A stretch of 64,000 nucleotides of DNA, taken from the NCBI GenBank assembly GCA_028712155.1, contig JAQTQO010000001.1:1501-65500 (forward strand). Direction: 5' to 3'. The translations under genes were made by a program, and so were the position numbers. Numbering within the stretch: position 1 is the first letter of the stretch; the number at the start of each line of letters is the position of its first letter. The notes below the pieces were generated by a model. The model saw only the letters and a program-made list of their open reading frames with translations. It was not told the origin of the DNA and made no database searches. Positions 50,010 to 58,930 of the stretch are shown here, in pieces. The stretch comes from Patescibacteria group bacterium. GTDB lineage: Bacteria; Patescibacteriota; Patescibacteriia; Buchananbacterales; GWA2-38-13.

Positions 50010-50244
50010 GGAATGCAGTTTCTGTAGACGTTTAAATTTTGCTCAATCAAGCCTTGATTCGGCAAAAAAGTGTTATTCAATGGCACGCGGTTGACCGGCG
50101 ACGATTCAGGCAACTACGGAAGGAGTATGTCCGGTCTGATTCGAGCGAGGGTAACTTGCTTAGAATTTTAGTATTACGTTAGCCGCAGTTAACCCGTCAG
50201 ACGGGAAGGGCTGAGGCACGTAATCACCGGGTATCAGAAACGCC

Positions 50245-50481
50245 ATGCCGCAAAATTCCACACCCTCAGCGAGCAAATCCTTCATCGAAATGCTCGGGGA
50301 GGTCAAAGAGCTTCTGCCGTCGGCGAATTTTCGCATCAAGCTGGATAGCGGGGCAGAAATTCTCGGACACTTGTCCGGACGGATGCGGATGAACCGGATC
50401 AAGCTTCTCCCCGGCGATCGGGTGAAAGTGCAGATAAGTCCCTACGATTTGACCAAGGGCAGAATTGTCTTTCGGTACTAA
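50245..50481 (+). CDS. infA: Translation initiation factor IF-1
   Basis: [37 protein letters not shown]. Confidence 0.97.
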   Translation: MPQNSTPSASKSFIEMLGEVKELLPSANFRIKLDSGAEILGHLSGRMRMNRIKLLPGDRVKVQISPYDLTKGRIVFRY

Positions 50482-50506
50482 ACTCAACGGCAACATCATC
50501 GACGTT

Positions 50507-50620
50507 ATGAAGGTGCGCGCATCGGTAAAAAAGATATGCAAAGACTGCAAGATCGTGCGTCGAAAAAAACGGCTGCATGTGATTTGCCTCAATCCGAAAC
50601 ACCGGCAACGCCAAGGGTAA
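50507..50620 (+). CDS. rpmJ: 50S ribosomal protein bL36 (missing from the ORF track)
   Basis: Manual translation [37 protein letters not shown]. Confidence 0.97.
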   Translation: MKVRASVKKICKDCKIVRRKKRLHVICLNPKHRQRQG

Positions 50621-50662
50621 ATTAACGGACACGCAATTTGGATTCATCGATAACTCTATCGT

Positions 50663-51052
50663 ATGGCACGCATCAGCGGGATCACGCTTCCGGCACAAAA
50701 AAGGATCGAGATCGGCCTGACCTACCTCTACGGCATCGGCCGACCGCGGGCGCTGCAAATTTTGCAGCAGACGAAAATTAACCCCGATACCCGCGTCAAG
50801 GATCTAACGGAGCGCGAGGTAAATGCGCTGCATGAAATTATTGATAAAAATTACCACGTGGAAGGGGAATTGCGACGCGAAGTACAGACCAACATTAAGC
50901 GCTTGAAGGAAATCGGTTGCTACCGGGGGATCCGACATTTAAAGCACCTGCCCGTACACGGACAGCGGACCAAGACGAACTCCCGGACGGTTCGCGGTAA
51001 TGTCCGCAAGACCATGGGCTCGGGTCGTAAAGCCAGCGCACAGAAAACGTAA
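50663..51052 (+). CDS. rpsM: 30S ribosomal protein uS13
   Basis: [30 protein letters not shown]. Confidence 0.97.
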   Translation: MARISGITLPAQKRIEIGLTYLYGIGRPRALQILQQTKINPDTRVKDLTEREVNALHEIIDKNYHVEGELRREVQTNIKRLKEIGCYRGIRHLKHLPVHGQRTKTNSRTVRGNVRKTMGSGRKASAQKT

Positions 51053-51061
51053 TCAGCATCT

Positions 51062-51535
51062 ATGCCAGTTGAAACTCCAACCGCCGCACCCGCACCCGTC
51101 ACACCGAAGGCGCCTGCCGCTCGACCAACCGAGCCGAAAGCGGGCGTCGCGGCTGAACGGTCCGCTCGGGCGAAGAAAGTGAAGCGCCAGGTGCCGGTCG
51201 GCCGGGTCTATATCCAGGCGACGTATAATAACACCATCGTTACTTTCACCGATCCCCAGGGCAACGTTCTGGCGCAGTCGTCGGCCGGGCTGATCGGTTT
51301 CCGCGGACCAAAGAAAGCGACTCCGTATGCGGCCGGTTCCATTATTCGCAGTGCGGTGACCAAGGTGCAGGGGTATGGTTTGCGGGAAGTAAATGTGTTC
51401 GTCAAAGGATTTGGCTCCGGACGTGAAGCCGCGATTCGGGCCATCAATGCCAACGGTATTGCCATTTTGGGCATCAAGGACGTCACGCCGCTGCCGCACA
51501 ACGGCTGCCGGCCTAAGAAGCCGCGGCGGATCTAG
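51062..51535 (+). CDS. rpsK: 30S ribosomal protein uS11 with Pro/Ala-rich N-extension
   Basis: ATYNNTIVT, KKATPYAA, DVTPLPHNGCRP. Confidence 0.97.
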   Translation: MPVETPTAAPAPVTPKAPAARPTEPKAGVAAERSARAKKVKRQVPVGRVYIQATYNNTIVTFTDPQGNVLAQSSAGLIGFRGPKKATPYAAGSIIRSAVTKVQGYGLREVNVFVKGFGSGREAAIRAINANGIAILGIKDVTPLPHNGCRPKKPRRI

Positions 51536-51585
51536 CGCATCAAACGCTATCCATTATTTTTTGTTACTGGAAATAATTCATTGGT

Positions 51586-52197
51586 ATGTCCCGCTACATT
51601 GGTCCACGACATAAGCTCTGCCGACGCCTGGGTGTGAAGATTTGTGATGCGGCAAAATGTCCGCTCATGCGGCGGAATTACCCGCCGGGCATGCACGGTC
51701 CGATGGGTCACGGGCGACTGACGGCGTACGGCGAACAATTTCGTGAAAAGCAGCGCACGCGGCACACGTATGGGTGCAGTGAGCGGCAATTCTCGAACTA
51801 TTACCGCAAAGCGGTCGGCCAGTCCGGTGACAGCGGCATCAACCTTGCCACCATGCTCGAGATGCGGTTGGATAACGTCGTCTACCGGCTGCACTGGGCC
51901 AAAACACGCCCGCAGGCGCGCCAGATGGTCAGCCACGGGTTCATTACGGTCAACGGCAAGCGGATGGACATCCCGTCGTATGAGACGAAAACGAAAGATG
52001 CTATTGCGGTTAAACAGAATAAGCTCGGGAAAAAGATTTTTTTCGAACTGGCTGCCCGACGGGAGAAGCAGGGCATTCCCGATTGGCTGAACGTGCAGCG
52101 GGACGCTCTGCAGGCGAAAGTGATCGGCCAACCGGCTCCCGAATCGCTGAAAGGACTTTTTAACGCGCAGGCCGTTATCGAGCTGTACTCTCGGTAA
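51586..52197 (+). CDS. rpsD: 30S ribosomal protein uS4
   Basis: YPPGMHG, REKQ, LEMRLDNVVYR, ARQMVSHG. Confidence 0.97.
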   Translation: MSRYIGPRHKLCRRLGVKICDAAKCPLMRRNYPPGMHGPMGHGRLTAYGEQFREKQRTRHTYGCSERQFSNYYRKAVGQSGDSGINLATMLEMRLDNVVYRLHWAKTRPQARQMVSHGFITVNGKRMDIPSYETKTKDAIAVKQNKLGKKIFFELAARREKQGIPDWLNVQRDALQAKVIGQPAPESLKGLFNAQAVIELYSR

Positions 52198-52245
52198 ACG
52201 GAAATCGCGTACCTCACACGCCAAAATATCAATAACCCAAAATAT

Positions 52246-53103
52246 ATGGAGAGCATTCCACTGCCTACGAGTATTCAGATCGAGGCGGGCGAAAATGATC
52301 GCATCGCCAAAATTATTATTGAACCGTTTTTCCCCGGCTACGGCACAACGATCGGCAACGCCCTGCGGCGGGTTTTGCTTTCGTCGTTACCGGGCGCGGC
52401 ACTCACCTCGTTCAGCGTGAAGGGGATTCAACATGAATTTTCGGCCGTGCCGGGAGTCAAGGAAGATTTCGTTGATATTGCCCTTAACCTCAAGCAGGTC
52501 CGACTGAAAGTGTACGCGGACCAGCCGGTACGCCTGCACCTGTCGGTCAAGGGGGAACGCAAAGTCACGGCAGGGGATATCACGGAAACCAGCGAGGTCA
52601 AAATCCTGAACCCCGAGCATGTGATCGCCACGCTGACGGACAAATCCGCCAGCCTGGAAATGGATTTCATCGCCCAGCAGGGCCGCGGCTATGTCCCGAC
52701 GGAAACCCGCGAGAAGGAAGAGCTTGAGGTTGGCATGATCGCGCTGGATGCCCTCTACAGTCCGATTCGTAAAGTAGGCTTTTTGGTGGAAAACGTGCGC
52801 GTCGGACAAATGACCAACTGGGATAAACTGATTTTGGAGATCGAAACGGACGGTGCGCTAACCCCCAAGGAGGCGCTCGAAATGTCGGCGAAGTATCTGA
52901 TCGATCAGATGACGTTCGTCGCGCAGCCCCAGGCGTCGGCGGCCGGTGCAACCGCGCCGGAGGCGGTGGAAGCAGCGGCGGCACCGGAAATGACCGGTCT
53001 GCAGGACATTCCGAGCGGAACGGACGCAACGGCTGATGCTTCGCTGACGGAACCTGCGACAAAGCCCGCGAAGAAGCGGGGGAAGAAAGCCACTACGGCC
53101 TAG
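52246..53103 (+). CDS. rpoA: RNA polymerase alpha subunit lacking the alpha-CTD
   Basis: PGYGTTIGNALRRVLLSS, HEFS, GRGY, RVGQMTNWDKL; then only a disordered Ala/Pro/Lys tail. Confidence 0.96.
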   Translation: MESIPLPTSIQIEAGENDRIAKIIIEPFFPGYGTTIGNALRRVLLSSLPGAALTSFSVKGIQHEFSAVPGVKEDFVDIALNLKQVRLKVYADQPVRLHLSVKGERKVTAGDITETSEVKILNPEHVIATLTDKSASLEMDFIAQQGRGYVPTETREKEELEVGMIALDALYSPIRKVGFLVENVRVGQMTNWDKLILEIETDGALTPKEALEMSAKYLIDQMTFVAQPQASAAGATAPEAVEAAAAPEMTGLQDIPSGTDATADASLTEPATKPAKKRGKKATTA

Positions 53104-53112
53104 TTTTTATCT

Positions 53113-53469
53113 ATGCGGCACCGGAATAAAAAGGTAATTTTGGATCGCTCCAAGTCTGCGCGGCAGGCAATGCTGCAGAATCTCGCGGCGAGCCTTATTT
53201 TGTACGAAAAGATTACTACGACCGAGGCCAAAGCGCGGGCCGTCCGTCCGATCGTTGAACGCTTGGTGACGATGGGAAGGACTTCCACCCTAGCCACGCG
53301 GCGTCGTTTGCTTGCGGTTTTGCCCGTCGAAGGTGCGGTGCGGAAGATCATTGATGTTTTGGGTCCGCGTTACCGCGACCGGCGCGGCGGGTATCTGAGG
53401 ATCGGAAAAATCGCCAGCCGACACGGTGACGGTGCAAAAATTGCCAGTATCGAGTTCATACCATCCTAA
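53113..53469 (+). CDS. rplQ: 50S ribosomal protein bL17
   Basis: MRHR, ITTTEAKA, RRGGYLRI, GDGA. Confidence 0.97.
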   Translation: MRHRNKKVILDRSKSARQAMLQNLAASLILYEKITTTEAKARAVRPIVERLVTMGRTSTLATRRRLLAVLPVEGAVRKIIDVLGPRYRDRRGGYLRIGKIASRHGDGAKIASIEFIPS

Positions 53470-53864
53470 TGCCTATGCGTAAGGGTCATCCAACAAAACC
53501 ATCGGCACAGCCAGTTGTTCGCGCAAACAACGTTCTGGATGCGTCAACCATGACGCTGGGCCGTTTGGCGAGCACCGCAGCGGGCTATCTCACCGGCAAG
53601 CATAAAGCGTCGTACGAACCCCACCGCGATACGGGGGACTTCGTCACGGTTACCAACGTCGGGAAGTTGAAACTGAGCGGCCGCAAGCTCCAGCAAAAGG
53701 TCTACCATGACATGTCCGGTTACCCGGGCGGAATTCACACGCGCAGCGCGAAGGCGTTAATGGTTACCCGGCCGGAAGAAATTATCTGGCGCGCCGTGCG
53801 ACTGATGCTGCCGGAGAACAAATATCGGCAAGCGCGCCTGCGTCGTCTCCACCTGAGTCGTTAA
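53469..53864 (+). CDS. rplM: 50S ribosomal protein uL13
   Basis: LGRLAS, GKHK, DTGDFV, SGYPGG, MLP. Confidence 0.96.
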   Translation: MPMRKGHPTKPSAQPVVRANNVLDASTMTLGRLASTAAGYLTGKHKASYEPHRDTGDFVTVTNVGKLKLSGRKLQQKVYHDMSGYPGGIHTRSAKALMVTRPEEIIWRAVRLMLPENKYRQARLRRLHLSR

Positions 53865-53880
53865 ACGAGCATTATTTGTT

Positions 53881-54408
53881 ATGGTTACCGCACCGCAAGT
53901 CAAAAAAACGCGTTCCAGCCGCACCGCCAAGCCGGTGGTAAAAAGCGTTCGAAAAGCAACGACAAAACCGCACGCAAAAGCGGATGCAACGGTACCGGCA
54001 GCGCCGACGCCACGGATGCAAAATTATTTTTCCGGTGTCGGACGCCGCAAAACTGCGGTGGCCCGCGTTCGCCTGACCCCGTCCAGTACGCCGACTTTTA
54101 CCGTGAATGGAAAACCGCTCACGGAGTACTTCCGGACCATGCAACTGCAGGAAATCGTCATGGCACCGCTCAAAATTACCGGGAAAAATGAAAGTTTCAG
54201 CTGCAGCGTGAAGGTGAACGGAGGCGGATTCCACGGACAGGCCGAAGCCGTTCGTCACGGCATATCACGCAGCTTACTTGACTTTGAAGCGGGGCTGCGA
54301 CCAACCCTCAAGCCTTACGGCTTTCTTACCCGCGACCCGCGCATGAAGGAGCGGAAGAAACCAGGTCTTCACCGGGCCCGCCGCGCGCCTCAATGGGCCA
54401 AGAGGTAA
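53881..54408 (+). CDS. rpsI: 30S ribosomal protein uS9 with basic N-extension
   Basis: GRRKTAVARV, GGGFHGQAEA, LTRDPRMKERKKPG, QWAKR. Confidence 0.97.
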   Translation: MVTAPQVKKTRSSRTAKPVVKSVRKATTKPHAKADATVPAAPTPRMQNYFSGVGRRKTAVARVRLTPSSTPTFTVNGKPLTEYFRTMQLQEIVMAPLKITGKNESFSCSVKVNGGGFHGQAEAVRHGISRSLLDFEAGLRPTLKPYGFLTRDPRMKERKKPGLHRARRAPQWAKR

Positions 54409-54422
54409 ATTGACTACTCATC

Positions 54423-54450
54423 AAAAACCAGGGGTTTCCCCTGGTTTTTT
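54423..54450. terminator. Intrinsic terminator after rpsI
   Basis: AAAAACCAGGGG-TTT-CCCCTGGTTTTTT. Confidence 0.85.
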
Positions 54451-54503
54451 GTTATACCGCTGTGTCCTTTCCGGATGCTCTGCCATTCGCTATACTGACG
54501 TTA

Positions 54504-55961
54504 ATGAAAGCCTATCGCGTAGCGCACAACACGGCGTTTCTGACCGGCGCGCAAATCACCCAAAAGATGCTCTCGTTCGGGTATTTTTGGTACCTGTCTA
54601 ACCAGTTGGGCAAATCGAGCCTGGGCACATACCTTTTTGCACTGTCTTTCGCCACACTGTTTGGCAGCGGAACGGATCTGGGCTTGACGCCGGTTCTGGT
54701 GCGGGAAACTGCCCGTCAGCCGGAACAGGGGAATGCGTACCTGCGCAACGTCATCGGGCTGAAACTCATTCTGACGTTTCTTGCCGTGGCGGCGGCTGCC
54801 ATCGCCATTACGGTCAGCGGAAAACCGGTGGAAACGCGGACGCTGGTGTACGCCGCCGGCGGTATCGTGCTGCTGGATGCTTTTACCCTGAGCTTTTGGG
54901 GAATATTCAAAGCGTCCCGAAATCTCGTGTACGAAAGCATCGCGACGATCGCCGTGCAACTGGTTATCATCACCGGAGGAATTATCGTATTGCAAACGTC
55001 GCGATCAACCCTGCATCTCGTGCTGAACCTGGTGCTGGCGGCGGTAGTCAATTTTTTGTTCGCCGTGATCTTTTTGCGAAGGCGTCTTGGATACCGGTTG
55101 CTGCCAAAATGGGATCGGTCGGTGCTGCGGATGTTTCTCAAATTTACGCCCGCGTTCGCGATGTCGCTTGTGTTCGTAAAAATCTACGGTGTGGCCGATA
55201 CGGTTTTACTGGGATACCTCGGGAATACGGTGGATATCGCCAACTATTCCATTCCGACCAAGGTGGTTACTTCACTGCAGCAGGTGATACCGGCGGCGTT
55301 CGCTTCCGTGATCTATCCGGTTTTCACCCAGTGCTACCAGCGGGGCGGAGCGGAGCTGTCACGATTGTTCGAGCGGGCCTGTCTGTACCTGCTGGGGGTC
55401 AGCATCCCGGCGACGGTTGCCCTCGTGACGCTGGCGCCAAAAATCCTTTCCACCGTATGGCCGGCATATACCGAGGTGACGTACGCGTTCCGTCTTATGG
55501 CGTTGGCGCTGCCGTTTATTTTTTTAACCTTTCCCACCGGGTATCTGCTCAACGCCTGCGACCGCCAGCGCCGCACAACGTTCAATCGTGGCGTGTACGT
55601 CATGCTGTCCGTGCTGGGCAATCTCATGCTCATTCCCATCGCCGGCTACCGCGGTTCCGCAGGTATTTTTCTCGTCACCAATGCCGCCTTGCTGGTCTTT
55701 GACGGATGGGCAGTGCGCCGACTGCTGCATCTGAATTTCCGCGTACTGGGAATCGCATTAGCAAAAATTGCGATCGCCAGCGTCGTAATGCTGGCTTTGC
55801 TTCTGGTCTTGTCGAATGTCCTCCATTTATTCGTCCTCATCGGTGTCGGGGCGGTCGCGTACGTCGGTTTGACCTATGCCATGGGATTTTGGAAATTCAT
55901 GGGGTTACGACTCCGGGGAATGGGACCATCGCCCTCGGCATCATCTTCGAATCAGCTATGA
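54504..55961 (+). CDS. Polysaccharide flippase (Wzx family)
   Basis: VAHNT, DLGL..VRE, DTVLLG; about 12-14 TMs. Confidence 0.88.
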   Translation: MKAYRVAHNTAFLTGAQITQKMLSFGYFWYLSNQLGKSSLGTYLFALSFATLFGSGTDLGLTPVLVRETARQPEQGNAYLRNVIGLKLILTFLAVAAAAIAITVSGKPVETRTLVYAAGGIVLLDAFTLSFWGIFKASRNLVYESIATIAVQLVIITGGIIVLQTSRSTLHLVLNLVLAAVVNFLFAVIFLRRRLGYRLLPKWDRSVLRMFLKFTPAFAMSLVFVKIYGVADTVLLGYLGNTVDIANYSIPTKVVTSLQQVIPAAFASVIYPVFTQCYQRGGAELSRLFERACLYLLGVSIPATVALVTLAPKILSTVWPAYTEVTYAFRLMALALPFIFLTFPTGYLLNACDRQRRTTFNRGVYVMLSVLGNLMLIPIAGYRGSAGIFLVTNAALLVFDGWAVRRLLHLNFRVLGIALAKIAIASVVMLALLLVLSNVLHLFVLIGVGAVAYVGLTYAMGFWKFMGLRLRGMGPSPSASSSNQL

Positions 55962-57085
55962 GAAAAACTCTCCTGATCACCGATGATTTTCCGCCCCACT
56001 ACGGCGGTGTCGCTGCCTATTATTCCGCGCTTTGCCGGCGGTTGCCCCCGGGACGCTTGGGAGTGGTTACCGTACCCGCAACGGATTCGCTCGCGTTCGA
56101 CCGGAGCCAAACGTATCCGGTTTACCGTCTGCCACTCCTTTCGACCAATCCGTTCCTGTGGCCGAAATGGGTCACGGGTTGGCGCGCCATCGGCCGTTTG
56201 TACCGGCAGCAGCGGTACGGGATGTTGCTGGTGGGCCAAATTCTTCCCTACGGGACGATCGCCTGGCTTTTACATCTGCGTTATCGTACGCCGTATGTGG
56301 TCATCGCACACGGGATGGATATTGCTGTTCCGCGCGGTCGAAAACGGATATTGTGCGGAAAAATTTTACGGCGGGCGGTTCGGGTGATCGCCAACAGCCA
56401 TGCCACCGCCGACCTTCTCCGCCCGTATGGCGTCGCGCAAGATAAAATAACCGTTATCACGCCTGGCGTTGAAGCGCGACCAGGCGTGTCGGCTACGCGT
56501 TTACAGGAACTTCAGGCGAAATATCATCTGACGGGAAAGCAGGTGGTGCTATCCGTCGGACGGCTGGTGTCACGGAAGGGGGTACGCGAAGTGCTCACGG
56601 CATTGATAAAGGTCCGCACCGCCGTCCCCAATGCGGTGTACGTCATCGCCGGTGACGGACCCGAACGAGAAAATTTGCATCGCCATGCGCGGGCGATCGG
56701 TATTGCCCCGCAGGTAATCTTTGCCGGCGCAATACCTCATGATGAACTTGCGACCTGGTACGAGCGATGTGACCTGCTGGTTGCAGCGCCGCAACCGGAC
56801 ACGTCCGGGGATATCGAAGGATTCGGAATGGTGTATCTCGAGGCTGCCATACACGGCAAACCATCAATTGCAACGGATTTACCGGGAATTCGCGAGGCGG
56901 TACTTGACGGGGTAAGCGGACTATTAGTTCCCGTACACGATGCGCCTGCGCTCGCGTCGGCTTTGATCCGGCTCCTGAAAAATCCGGCCGAACGGCATCG
57001 CCTCGGGATCCAGGGTCAAGATCGCGCCGTGCGCGAGTTTGCCTGGGACACGCGGGCGCGACAGCTGGAATTGATTTTACGGTAA
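55958..57085 (+). CDS. GT4 glycosyltransferase (PimB-like)
   Basis: ITDDFPPHYGG, VGRLVSRKG, EGFGMVYLEA. Confidence 0.92.
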   Translation: MRKTLLITDDFPPHYGGVAAYYSALCRRLPPGRLGVVTVPATDSLAFDRSQTYPVYRLPLLSTNPFLWPKWVTGWRAIGRLYRQQRYGMLLVGQILPYGTIAWLLHLRYRTPYVVIAHGMDIAVPRGRKRILCGKILRRAVRVIANSHATADLLRPYGVAQDKITVITPGVEARPGVSATRLQELQAKYHLTGKQVVLSVGRLVSRKGVREVLTALIKVRTAVPNAVYVIAGDGPERENLHRHARAIGIAPQVIFAGAIPHDELATWYERCDLLVAAPQPDTSGDIEGFGMVYLEAAIHGKPSIATDLPGIREAVLDGVSGLLVPVHDAPALASALIRLLKNPAERHRLGIQGQDRAVREFAWDTRARQLELILR

Positions 57086-57087
57086 CC

Positions 57088-57771
57088 ATGGCTATCATCG
57101 ACATCGTTATACCGGTGTACAATCAGGCGCGCACCATCAGTCGCTGTCTGCAGAGTATAGAAAAGCAGTCAGCTTCCGACGTTACGATTTCCGTGGTTGA
57201 TGACGGATCAACGGACAATCTTTTGCCGGTCCTTTCACCGTACCGAGAACGTATCCGTTTTATCCGTCAGTCGAACGCCGGCGCGTCAGCCGCCAGGAAT
57301 CGGGGCGCCAGGGAGGGGAGTGCCCCGTTTATACTGTTTTGCGACGCTGATGTAATACTCAAACCAAACTTTCTCCACACGCATTTACATGTCTTACAAA
57401 ACAACCCGCAAAAATCTTACGCTTATGCATCCTTCAGGTGGGGATGGAAAGCATTTCGGCCCGGCCCCTTCGACCCCGTACGACTGCACCGCGAACCATA
57501 CATTAATACCCACGCCGTAATCCGCCGCGCGCACTTTCCGGGATTTGATGAAACGCTGAAGCGGTTTCAGGATTGGGATTTGTGGCTGACGATACTTGAC
57601 CAGGGCCGCGAAGGGGTATGGATTGACCAGCAATTATTTACGGTACGACCCGGCGGCACCATGAGCCGCTGGTTGCCTAAGGCCGCGTATCGGCTGCTGC
57701 CGCGGCTGCGAACCGTCCGGGAATACCGCGCGGCATCTGAAATAGTAAAAATGAAACATGCCAAAAAATAA
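57088..57771 (+). CDS. GT2 glycosyltransferase
   Basis: VIPVYN, VDDGSTD, AARNRG, FCDAD, QDWDLW. Confidence 0.92.
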   Translation: MAIIDIVIPVYNQARTISRCLQSIEKQSASDVTISVVDDGSTDNLLPVLSPYRERIRFIRQSNAGASAARNRGAREGSAPFILFCDADVILKPNFLHTHLHVLQNNPQKSYAYASFRWGWKAFRPGPFDPVRLHREPYINTHAVIRRAHFPGFDETLKRFQDWDLWLTILDQGREGVWIDQQLFTVRPGGTMSRWLPKAAYRLLPRLRTVREYRAASEIVKMKHAKK

Positions 57772-57800
57772 TGAGGGCCAACGCGAGGCTGGCCCTCATT
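57770..57800. terminator. Stem-loop, probable terminator
   Basis: AATGAGGGCCA-loop-TGGCCCTCATT; an A-run just upstream gives a U-tail on the minus strand. Confidence 0.55.
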
Positions 57801-58015
57801 CCATCAGACGTCACGCGTCACCCGATACTCTGGGCTAGGCGACCGACATCCTCCGGAACATGCGGAGCTGGTTCATAAGGTGAAACCCCTTTCGGCATAC
57901 CCTTGGGGATACGCCCATGAACCGGTGAAAGAAACATGCGCGGAGCATCCATACTCCGGCATGCAAATATTTTAGGGTAATCCATGGTATCGGTCAATGC
58001 CTATTTGATCGCAGT

Positions 58016-58918
58016 ATGAATGAGGTACGACGCGATTTTGACGTGAGTATTATCATTGTGAGCTGGAATGCGGCACAATGCATTGGCGACTGTCTGCGTT
58101 CCATTCCGGCGGCGCTCGGCGCTTTACGCGGTGAAATTTTTGTCATTGACAACAATTCAAGCGACCAGACCGTCTCCAGAGTAAACGGATTGAAAAACAA
58201 TTTGAGCAATTTGCATCTGATCGAGTTAAAAGACAATATCGGTTTTTCGCGAGCAAATAACCGGGCAGCAAAAGAAGCAAAAGGAAAGTACCTTCTGCTG
58301 TTGAACCCCGATACCGAACTGACGCACCATGCGATTGCGACGCTGGTAAGCTGCTCCAGCACGCATGAGGCGGCGCTGGTCGGTGCAAAACACTGTAATC
58401 CTGATCGCAGCCTACAGCCTTCCGTCCGGCGGCTGCCAAGCATTTCGGCCATGATTTTTTTGCTCCTGAAGCTCCATCGCATTTTCCCGCGCGCTTCGCT
58501 CTGGCGCCATTACCTCGCATCGGATTTTGACTACAGCCAGGCGCAGGCGGCGGAACAACTTGCCGGCTCTTGCCTGCTGGTGCGTCGCGATGCCTGGGAT
58601 ATGCTGAACGGATTCGATGAGCGATTCCACCTGTGGTTTGAAGACGTTGATCTGTGCTACCGGGCGAAGGCCGCAAAATTGAAAACCTGGTACTGTCCGG
58701 ATTCGACCGTCGTTCACCTGGGCGGGCAAGGTTTCCGCCAACTCAGCACCATTCGGAGGCAAAGAGCATTCAATCGTTCGTTGAGATACTATATCCGCAA
58801 GCATCACGGAGCATTATTCTGGCTTTTGCTTTGGGCCGTAGAACCATTGAGCCTGACATTGGCGGCGCTGACCGAATACTTACCCCGCGGTATGGACAAA
58901 AATGAACGGCAAGTATGA
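58016..58918 (+). CDS. GT2 glycosyltransferase (rhamnosyltransferase-like)
   Basis: IIVSWN, IDNNSSD, NIGFSRANN, LLNPD, FDERF..EDVDLC. Confidence 0.92.
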   Translation: MNEVRRDFDVSIIIVSWNAAQCIGDCLRSIPAALGALRGEIFVIDNNSSDQTVSRVNGLKNNLSNLHLIELKDNIGFSRANNRAAKEAKGKYLLLLNPDTELTHHAIATLVSCSSTHEAALVGAKHCNPDRSLQPSVRRLPSISAMIFLLLKLHRIFPRASLWRHYLASDFDYSQAQAAEQLAGSCLLVRRDAWDMLNGFDERFHLWFEDVDLCYRAKAAKLKTWYCPDSTVVHLGGQGFRQLSTIRRQRAFNRSLRYYIRKHHGALFWLLLWAVEPLSLTLAALTEYLPRGMDKNERQV

Positions 58919-58930
58919 ACATTTTTGGTT

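Noticed and set aside
50100-50135. TCAGG..CGGAAGGAG resembling the SRP RNA domain IV loop
   Set aside because: Spacing and stem do not match the CAGGTCCGGAAGGAAGCAG core; kept only as part of an unassigned leader.
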